A stretch of DNA of 64,000 bases from Lytechinus pictus (lineage: Eukaryota). Below, one piece after another: positions 37,801-47,579 of the stretch. Below the pieces are notes generated by a model. It did not search any database and was not told the origin of the DNA. It worked only from the letters and a program-made list of their open reading frames with translations. The position numbers were made by a program, and so were the translations under genes. Each line of letters begins with the position of its first letter. Within the stretch, counting starts at the first letter, position 1. The stretch covers positions 22,692,001 through 22,756,000 of the forward strand of contig NC_087254.1 in the NCBI RefSeq assembly GCF_037042905.1, read 5' to 3'.

Positions 37801-40340
37801 ACAGAGACATGTAATTGAAAGGAATACTCTTTTTTCTTTGTACAAAGCGGACATTGTTGTACGCAGGGCGACCGGGCAGGAGTCGGGATGCTGTTGTCCT
37901 ACAAATGATAAAAGTGTATAAGAAGAAAAGAAGAGGAAGAAGAAGAAGAAGAAAAAGAAAGAAAAAGAAAAAGAAGAGGAGGAACAGAAGAAGACCTCAT
38001 CCGTGTCTTCATTTTCTTATATGTACTATATATTAGATTTAATTAGTGGGTTAATATAGAATTGCACGACACATACATCTCTTTTGATAATCTTCTTTCT
38101 TCTTTCTATCCTCTTCTTCCTTTTGCTCATTTATTTGTTGTGACTACTAGAAAAATCATAGGGGCGTTTGTTTCTGGCCTCTTGTATATAGCGTCGCACC
38201 AATCTAGAATCTCAACGTCAAATATTATATAACAAACAACCTCTGTAAATGAATAAATGTAACATAAATAATCAATGATTCATTATGAATTTTAAAACTT
38301 GTGTATTTGTTTTGCTTTATTTTCATTTTATTTTTTAGATGCGAAACGATGAGTTTTCTCCCCCCTCCCCCCTCTTTCTCTTTCCACACACATAATTTCG
38401 TTCTCATCAACCACAAATTCGATGGTTGATACCTTTTATCTTTCAACAGACAAGAAGGCATACATGAGTCCCATATACTTTATACAAATAGTCATATTTA
38501 AACCATTTTCGTTTTAGTTATTTTCATTTCATTTATCTTCATAATAACAGCAAAATAAATAAGTTTTTTCACATTTTTAAATCATCAGTAGAAATAAATT
38601 CAAATTAAATGATGAGAATAATTATGTCACTTAATAGCTTATAATGAAGGAAACATCTAAACGCATAGCATGTGAATCAGGTTCCCTATAGCACAAGCCA
38701 ATGGTTTCAATATTCACCAGTTCATATTTTTTACGAAAACAATGTGAAGAAGAAAATACCGTTCAAAACCACACGATTGGTTTAATAATTTTAGAGTAAA
38801 ATTCAATATTAATAATGATATAATCTTTTAATTGGTTTCATTTAAATCATCATTATCGTAACTTGTCGCCGTCGTTTTCATCATCATCATCATTACTCGT
38901 AATCAACAATCACCAGCATCACCATCGGCGCGTTCATCACAGACATTTATCTCTCTTATCATTATCCGCTTATTCATAATTATCTGTAATTACATATCAA
39001 CTCTGCATGTTTATTTTTTGTATAAAAAATCATAGGGCATATGTCTTATGTTGTTATAATTTCAAGCAATATATACTTGCATCTGTGCATTAACAGTGCT
39101 TCTTTCAGAATTGACGAATGTCGATGTAAAATAAAGTATAAATCTTTCAAATAAATATAACAGAATATGAACCTTGGATATCTGATATATGTGACAGCTC
39201 TTACATATTTTGTTAAAAACACAATGCAAGTATATCCACTTATCTACGATGCATTCCCAAATTGCACAAGCCAATGTATTTAAAATTATGCTATATATAT
39301 ATATATATGTATATATAAAATTTTTCATTTTCTTGGAAAAGGAACATAACAACCAAATTCTTAGCGTCGATATTTAACATGTACAAAAATAAATACTGTA
39401 CAAAGTACGAAGCCACGAGTTAATTGACTTTTCTTAACAGATAGCCATGGCCATAGCACTAGGAATCGCGGGTACTGGGGGTGCATCAAAATTTTCTGGG
39501 GGTTCTGCGTATGTTATGCACCATGGCATAGGCATCACCCCCTAAAAAATCATGTTGGTATGCTACTCTGTGGAAATGGAACGAAAACCAATTATTTTCT
39601 GACCAAAAATCCCTTTCCTTTTGGACATCCCCCGAAGACAAACAATGTAAAATACAGGGGGTTCCCTCGGTTCAGAAAACTGCTAATACTATGTCAGGTT
39701 GCAGAGAAACAACAAAAAGACGCCATCCTGATCGCTAGAAATTTGGATGATGAATTACCAGATTTAGTGGCAGATGCCAGCAGGGCGGGCTTTTTTTATT
39801 ATCGGTGGCGTCATCGACAAAAGAGGGCGCATTGTCAAGGGGATGTATAGAATGGAAGGGCAAGTAAATATAATTCCGAACATCGATCTTCTCCGACATG
39901 TCATGTAATTGTCACCTTTGAGCATATAGGCCTACTTGAGATACGGGCTCGAGATTTCTAGGGTATAATTATGTCGTTTCTGTGGGTCAAGTACTAGAGT
40001 TTAATCTTCACTACAAGTTGTTTGAAGAGTGGTTCGACTTTTTTTTTTCTGAGAGACCTAATTAAGCAGCTTTATTTTCTCTTGGTCACCACATATTTCT
40101 TCTCCTCCCGTAATCTATGACACAATGTGTCCCACAAAAAGGAGACCGAGGTTCCCAATTATTTATGGTCTTTCATTACATTGTCATAAAAGTCAATTTT
40201 TCTTAATAATTTTAATACCAATAAAGAGTTTGAAAATTTAATGTCAAAACCAAGTTGCATAAAAAAGTGGGTCCAGATTTGTCTATGACGCTACAACCTA
40301 AGAAAGCTAGTTAGCATATATCTTTTGTTTCATTTGTTAA

Positions 40341-40590
40341 GGGTCGTGTGGTCCAGTGGTTAGAGCATTGGACTCATAATCGCAAGGTTGTGAGTTTGAA
40401 TCCCAACTCTGCCATTGTCTCCACTTTGATAAAAAGGCCCAAGAGTGATATCTGTCGTCTATTACGTCAGCCACTATGACTGATTAACCTAGACGTAAAA
40501 TGTTTCCAAGGTAATTGGTTATATACCAGCTTGGCGTTTACCAGCAAAAAATGCTGTCCTGCCGAGTTCCTACGGGAGTTTACCACAAAC
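40341..40590 (+). mobile_element. tRNA-derived SINE (Met-like head, CAT loop)
   Basis: A box TGGTCCAGTGG and B box GTTTGAATC. No proper acceptor stem. The head continues into a body, and a second copy lies at about 8440..8618. Confidence 0.7.
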
Positions 40591-40616
40591 AGAAGTTTCT
40601 TTACACACTTTCTTAA

Positions 40617-41122
40617 AGGGATAAGTCCACATTTTTAAGTTTCGCTTAATTTCACAAAACAGTTATATGCACATCCTTGTCGGTATGCAGATGAGGGGAC
40701 TGATCATGATGACATCACTCACTCACTATTTCTTTTGTATTTAATTATATGAAATATGAAATATTCGAATTTTCTCCTCAATATACTGTGCAACAAAGTT
40801 TTATTTCTCCCTGAATGTGTGGAATTACCATTGTTTAACATGGTATAGTTCAGTCACTTTGTAAGTCCTTATTTTTAAATCTGTAAAAATTGAAATATTT
40901 TATAATTCAAACAATAAAAAACAAAAGAAATAGTGAGTGAGGGACATCATCCGATTCTCTCATTTGCATGTGACTAAATTGTGCATATAACTATGTCATA
41001 AGTGAAACTTCAAAATGTCATAACTTCCTTATTTTACATCTGATTTTGATGAAATTTTCAGCATGCTTGTCTGATTTTTCTCTATTGATTCAAGTCAACA
41101 TTTTTCGAGTTGGACTTGACCT
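40617..41122. mobile_element. TTAA-flanked AGG..CCT MITE (Kolobok-like); same family as 55568..56167, 56319..56903 and partial 14370..14930
   Basis: TTAA|AGG..AAGTCCAC and GGACTTGACCT|TTAA termini, with shared internal sequence. Confidence 0.7.
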
Positions 41123-41457
41123 TTAAATATGTTAACTAATCTATGAAAAGAGAGTGGATTTAGATTTACACGTATGTCCATGCGCAAATCATTTCTGGTA
41201 TACCTCATAATACATATTGTCTTTACTCAGCAATGTGTGAACAGTTCACTAAGTAATTTGGTCTAGAATCAAAGAAGAGATTCCATTCTTACGATTAATG
41301 TTAATTTCATGAACGAAAATATTCAATTATTGAGATAACTTTCGCTAAAGACGGGTTTCCATTTTGTGGGACGCACTGTATGTTAGATTGTAACTTACTG
41401 TACATAAAATACTGTTATTGAAAAGGATAAATAAATTACAATACATGGTTCCGCTTC

Positions 41458-42897
41458 CTAGTCTACGTCTGCTAGTTGATTAGGAGGATGGCTTACAGGT
41501 ACAGTGTCATATGCAGGTGGACTATCACTTTCCCTGCTGGAAACATCCATCCTGTTGACTTCAAGAACTGTGTCATATCCAGGAGGTGGCTCCGCTGTGA
41601 TCCGACCTTGTCCTGACTGACTATCGAATCGGGATAACGAATTGTAGTCAGGCGGATTGTCTACGTCGGTTACCATGGGATCTTCTGTAGGTCTGTCGTA
41701 ATGCTCATTCAAAATATAGGCATGAAAGGAATCATCTTGATTTATCTCCGGCGAGAAATTTTCCACGAGCGAATGGTCCGTGGGATCATTAGGAAAGTCC
41801 AGAGCGCGATCGTATTCTGGAGGCGAGATATTCGGTTGGCTGGAGTGTTCATCACCTTCACGGGGGCTTTCTCGGTATGCCCTCCATGTACCGGCATCAC
41901 AATACATCACACCCGGTAATTCTGGTTCGCGATCGCTCGATTCCTCATCCGGAGTACAGTATCCCAAACTCAGAAGAACGCAGTAAAGGAGGAGAAAACA
42001 TATTGACATCCCAAACGGGAGAACGAGAAAATACATCACACTAAGATAGGGATCGTATCTGTAACATACCACGCGTGTCCAAGAGCTATATGCATAAGTT
42101 GAGTTGATGGAATGCTGTAATACGAGATAGACATCGTTTCCTGTAGGTGCATCAAGTTCACAGTAAGTGTCAGTATAAGCCGTGCAATTACCTATCGGAT
42201 TCGGTATTTCTAATTGACGTTTGGTGAACTGGAGGTCCAGGGAGGCCGAGAAGACATCCTCATCGTTTTGACGTCCAACTCCCAAAAGGAAATACCATCT
42301 TTGATCCAAGAATCCACTCGTATTGAACGAGACTGTGGTCACTGACGGGCAGGGAGGGAACTGGGCGTAGAGGAAGACATCTGAAGATTCTGGATCTTGA
42401 TCCTTCGAATTCGACCATCTCTTCATTTTCCCGTGATCACTGAAAATAGGAATAGTTAACGTTGCGTCCTCACCGCGCAACCTCTGACCACAGCTTGTGA
42501 CGTCAACACGTGATGAACTTGGGAGAAAATAGGACAGGTTTCTGAGTTTTGGTCCTTGGAGGTAAATGTCTTCTGTGAAAGAATAAGTAGATGTATGGTT
42601 GGAGTATACTGGACGTTCACGCGATGTTGTTGCATGAGTGATGATGCCATCATAAGCACCATCCAATAGAAGAAGCACCCGGAATCCTCTGCAAAAATGA
42701 GGAAGATTTTCAGGTCGCTGATTGTACAATATGTAAGGTTCTTGTTTCTCCATCATTATTTGATCTCCTTTACTTGAAACATATACTGGATAATGAAAGA
42801 AAATCGCAAGCAGCGCGAAAAGAAAGCTGAACGCTATAAATCCAAAGCTAATAGTGTAAATGATCACATAATGTAAACGATTTTTACAACAGGTCAT
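41458..42897 (-). CDS. Intronless 479-aa two-TM membrane protein: luminal Cys-containing domain (APD1-4 N/middle-like by recollection) and a cytosolic tail with four PPxY motifs
   Basis: 1,440-nt ORF of normal complexity. First ATG at 42897 (the ORF track starts at a GTG), with an in-frame stop upstream. Two hydrophobic segments, N-x-S/T sites between them, and PPEY/PPDY/PPGY/PPAY in the tail. Confidence 0.88.
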   Translation of the reverse strand: MTCCKNRLHYVIIYTISFGFIAFSFLFALLAIFFHYPVYVSSKGDQIMMEKQEPYILYNQRPENLPHFCRGFRVLLLLDGAYDGIITHATTSRERPVYSNHTSTYSFTEDIYLQGPKLRNLSYFLPSSSRVDVTSCGQRLRGEDATLTIPIFSDHGKMKRWSNSKDQDPESSDVFLYAQFPPCPSVTTVSFNTSGFLDQRWYFLLGVGRQNDEDVFSASLDLQFTKRQLEIPNPIGNCTAYTDTYCELDAPTGNDVYLVLQHSINSTYAYSSWTRVVCYRYDPYLSVMYFLVLPFGMSICFLLLYCVLLSLGYCTPDEESSDREPELPGVMYCDAGTWRAYRESPREGDEHSSQPNISPPEYDRALDFPNDPTDHSLVENFSPEINQDDSFHAYILNEHYDRPTEDPMVTDVDNPPDYNSLSRFDSQSGQGRITAEPPPGYDTVLEVNRMDVSSRESDSPPAYDTVPVSHPPNQLADVD

Positions 42898-43098
42898 TAT
42901 TGCAGTAGACACAAGTTCATAAAATGTGTTTAAAAACGATTCATTCTATGATTATATCTCAAAGAAAACTCACGACCTTGATAATGGATATTGTGCAAGC
43001 AGCATTCTTAGATATAGTTATTTTGCTTGGTTGTTTTTTTCAGTGGAAATTTTGTGTGGACTTTGGAGTCTGATATCATCTGCCGCAAATATAGACTC

Positions 43099-43196
43099 GT
43101 CACGTGACATCTTATCAACTGGATACTGACGTCATGGACAATAAAATACAGTTCGATGGAAAGGTACAAAAGCTACTGAGCGATCAATGATTGGTG
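43099..43196 (-). promoter_or_regulatory. Promoter motifs of the PPxY gene: CLEAR/E-box GTCACGTGAC (43099..43108), CRE TGACGTCA (43127..43134), CCAAT (about 43190..43194)
   Basis: Three consensus sites clustered 200-300 bp upstream of the ATG. Confidence 0.55.
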
Positions 43197-43651
43197 ATCA
43201 ATAAAACAATAAAATAAAAAAACATCCTCGTTTCACATTGGAACATCCAGGGATGGAGCTAGAATTACTGAATTGTGGGGGGGGGCACAGAAATTTGTTC
43301 CAATTATTGGGTCTTTACTCTGATAACAACAATAATAATAATGAAAATAATATTAATGATAATCAATGAAAATAATAACAATAATAATTCTAATAGTAAC
43401 ATATAATAATGATGATTAATATGGCCATTTATATAGGGACATAGTTTCACCCACCCTTCCAAAAGGGGAAGTGGTATGATAAAAGGGGCAATTATTTCAA
43501 ATGACATAGGTGCCAAGAGAGAAGGGCGCGGAAGGGGGGAGCAGTCAACTAACTCCCTGTCTAAAAGTGGAAGAGGAAACGCAGTTTTTTTTCTAAAGTC
43601 AAAAAGTATTAATGAATTCGAACTCCGAAGTCCACGAGATCGATCGCTTAA

Positions 43652-44164
43652 CCCTAAAAGGACTGGGCTATTTGAGATGTATGGATGACTGGAGGGGTGG
43701 GGGGGGGGGGGCATCATGCCCCTTTTGATCTCGGCCGCCGTTCGCGCCGAAATTCGGCACTCACATTTTTTTTACCATATAAACTACAAGCCAGTATAAA
43801 AACAATTTTTTTTTTGTTATGAATGAAATATGCAAATTTATTAATGAAAAACATTATTTGCATATCTAACAACCAATGTAATAAAGCAGACTAATAAGAA
43901 CAAAAATAATCACCTTTTTATGAATTTCATCCCTCATAGACTTCGTACACAAATTATAAAAACGTATAATTTTCGGTATGACATTGCCTTGTAAAAAGTC
44001 ATGTGGCGTCGCGATACTATAACCGTATGTCGCGCATTTGGTCTCGGAAGTTGCGCAAGACTTCAAAGGAAAGTCATAAAATTTTGCGGCGCTGTCTTTT
44101 TGCGTTTCGAAATATCGTGCGAAGCGTTGAGGGGGGGGGCATGATGCCCCCAGTCCTTTCAGGG
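43652..44164. mobile_element. piggyBac-type MITE
   Basis: TTAA|CCCTAAAAGGACTGGG ... CCCAGTCCTTTCAGGG|TTAA (15/16 TIR match). Confidence 0.85.
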
Positions 44165-44212
44165 TTAACCCACTTGGACTCGGCACCTTCTCCTAGCCTT
44201 GGTTGATGAAAC

Positions 44213-44966
44213 CAGGGATGTGTTAGAAAGGATAGGAAACTCAGACACAATGCATTTGAAAATCTATCGGAATACAAAGGAATTCCGATCACTGACAAAG
44301 CATTCCACGTGGGTTTGATACCCCATGTGGCGTGCCGATGTTAACCCTTCGGAGACGACTGGCTTCTGCAGAAGCAAAATATAAGTATTTACTACTTTTG
44401 TCTCTAGAAGCATTGGTTTGGATCAATTTCTTTTGCAAATTTCAAATAAGTTATGGACAACAAAAAGAAAAGCCCATGTGATATTTGCATGCCAAAATAA
44501 TACAAAAGATTCGTTAAAAAAAAGAAGACTTATACAATTTTTAAACTGCTTATAAAATTGACTAATATCAGCATCTTCCGACAATTTGCGCTATTTCAGA
44601 GCTCACTCATAATGAAAGATGTATAATTATGAACATAATTTGTACAGTAATTTATGCGTGTTCTTGCGTGAATCTGGGATAATTAACTTTTAATATTACT
44701 CGAATTATGGTTCTTTCTGTTCGCTGATACCGGCCCATTATGCCCACAAAAAGTAATGATGCATCAGAACTGGACAAGCCAAATGGAATCTGACTTTATC
44801 TTGTTGCTCCGAGAAACTGTCGCCTGAAATAAAAAAAAATGTTCGTATTATTGACATTTGTATGTCATTGTTAAAACATCTGTTTGATACACATTATCTT
44901 GTCGTCGGCTCGTCACATGGGGTTAAAGCAGGCTGGTACATTCCTATCCTTTCTGACACATCCCTG
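44213..44966. mobile_element. Non-autonomous DNA transposon with 26-bp TIRs and a 7-bp TSD (P/hAT-like), containing a nested element at 44321..44922
   Basis: ATGAAAC|CAGGGATGTGTTAGAAAGGATAGGAA ... TTCCTATCCTTTCTGACACATCCCTG|ATGAAAC. Inner TIR CCCCATGTG(G/A)CG(T/A)GCCGA. Confidence 0.8.
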
Positions 44967-46661
44967 ATGAAACAGAGCTTTTGCATTTCGGCATTGCAGA
45001 GATAACGAATCTCATATGGTAACTGGTCATTTGGTCTAGTAATAGCATCCTTTCTCATGCTAGTTTGGTATCATTCTACACATAACGTACTGTGATGGGA
45101 AAAGGGGATGTTTCATGATGCTGTTATTTAAAGTTAAGACAATTTTACAAATTACCACCTTATGCACAACTGGCAAACTCTTCTTGCGTGCTCAATTAGA
45201 TTATCCATCTTTTTAAAATTCATCAGCTAAAGTAAAAATCGGATGGTTTGTAGGTTGTATTCTATCTGATTGCAAAGTGAAAATATATCAAAATACTTTT
45301 ATTAGTGTTGGAGGAAATTAAACCCCACTCATTTACACAAGAACGGGTCCCTTGAAGTGTGCAATGTATGAACAGCTTTATCACATATAACCATGGTCTA
45401 ATCCAATTACTTCTGGAACCTGTATGTTAAAGTGATAAAGGTGATTTGATTAGATTCTGATTTAGACTGTGTATTGAAATGGTTATGATTGAACCAAGTG
45501 GTAACATGACCCGACATGCTTTTGACGTAGGTTCAAATGAATGAAGAAATACATACTATTGGAAAAGATGGTTACAAACCTTGGCCCGACCATGGATTCC
45601 TAACCATTTGAATAAGGTAGAAAAGGATGTATCTGCTTCATTGACAGTTTGGTCACCATCAACATAACCACCATCACTGTTATCACCATCACAAACCTTA
45701 TCTTCAACATCCCCGATATCATGACCATGACCATCAGTCCATCACCATCATGATAACCGCCATAATCTCCATAACCAGAGCTACCAACCTGTACAAGAGC
45801 ATTCCAGTATTTTTAAAGCTGAAAATCAGTATTTTTTTCTGAGTATATCGGTATTTTCAGAGAAATACCATACAACTAATGAAAATGACCTTCAGGAATC
45901 GGTATTCTGCAAGAAACCGACAGTATTCTTCTCATTTCTAGGAATGACTGAAAACCAGGGCCCGTCGTACAAAGAGTAGAGATTTGTTTGGATCACTTTT
46001 ATGGAGGGACAGCAACATCAACATGTAATTATGCATGCTTGTTCAAAATATTTTCTAGTTATGATGTATATTCATGCATTGTCTCTTAAATTTACTGTGC
46101 TTCTCTTTGTTTACAAAGGACATTGTGCAAATTTCCTGTAGAAAAATTTATGACACTGATGGATTTCCATTGAGTTACGATTGATTGGATCAATCGCAAC
46201 TCTTTTTAAGACAGGCCCCAGTACTACTTGGCAGCTATTTATAACCATCAAAATAACCATCACTATCATCATCAGTTATCATCATACCTATATGTGCATT
46301 TTATCATCTACTTCCACAATCATAAGCGTACAGTCGCACATTTTTTTTATTAGGGTTAGAGGAAATTCAATCCCACTCATTTACACAAGGACAGGTCCTG
46401 GAGTCAGTGTGCAATGTATGACAGCTTAATCATATATTACCATGGTCTAAACTCTAATCCGATTACTTCTGGAACATTTATTTATTTTTTATTTTTGTGG
46501 GGGTGGGGGGCATTAATCGATAACTACCCCACTTCAAAATTATGAAAATACTTTGTCATTAAATGTCATATATCAGTAACATTTGTATTTCATTTGCCTG
46601 AAACCACATTTAAAAAGCATATTATTGAATAATTGTGCGACTCAAGGCATTACTTGAAACC

Positions 46662-46828
46662 TGTACTAACCGCACAGAAACGTTGTTAGCACTAACAGAG
46701 GCCATGTTACAACCGGCAATGTGGCAGCGATGCCTAACGTTACAACAATGCATTACTTGCACACTGAAGATGTGACTGGGCTTAATGTTAGCGCTCTGTT
46801 AGGCTAACGTTTCTGTGCGGCGGGCACA
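46662..46828. mobile_element. Palindromic MITE-like element
   Basis: CCGCACAGAAACGTT..CTAACAGAG / CTCTGTTAG..AACGTTTCTGTGCGG inverted arms. Confidence 0.55.
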
Positions 46829-47579
46829 GAATATGCAAAGTAAGTGCTCATAACATCAAGTTAAATTTTGCCCAAATCAAACAGATTTCTGTGGTGCGAA
46901 AAGATTTGACTTAGGCAGTCATCTGTGTAAGTTTCATGTCAATGTCCATATATTTTTGGAACAGAAATACATGTACATCAAATTGAAATCAATTCTCAAC
47001 ACTATCTATGCATCACCAACACCATTCAAAGGAGGCAAGAGTACAAATAATTTAAGTTTCACATGAAACCTCTTCGTGGGTTATTTATTTTGACTGGAGA
47101 ACGATGTGCAGATATTCAAGCTAGCATTATGGCAAAAAGGACTAAGGTATCAAATGGATCATAATTAATTTTAATAATTTTTTCATTTGTAATTTTTTTT
47201 TCAGCTCACAATTATTACCAGGGTATTATACTAACCTTGAACAATGGATATGCTTTATTATGGTGATTAAGTTCTAGGCAATGCCAATACTTGTACCACA
47301 GCAACATGGGTTTCCCTATGACATTTGCAAGCACAAGAAATTACATGTGCTGCTTATGGCAATGGCCTCCTAATTGACCCTTCTTATGTGTTTTTTTTTG
47401 TAATTCATGATATATTGATAATGAAAGTTGATATTTGTGAGCTGTAGAAAGAATTGATCCAATGACATGAAAAAATGCTTCATCATATTCCAATTTGCCA
47501 CAACGCAGATTGGTTTTTCGAATCACATTAGCTTCTACCCAATACTGGTCATCCAACAGCAAGGGATGTGATGTTGATC

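Larger units (their letters stand above)
40123..41378. mobile_element. Tc1/mariner-like non-autonomous element containing a nested SINE and a TTAA MITE
   Basis: TIRs CAATGTGTCCCACAAAAAGGAGACC / GGTTTCCATTTTGTGGGACGCACTG, with a right TA flank. Confidence 0.6.

Noticed and set aside
40341-40414. tRNA-Met gene
   Set aside because: The acceptor stem does not pair, the T-loop is altered, the sequence continues into a SINE body, and a diverged second copy exists.
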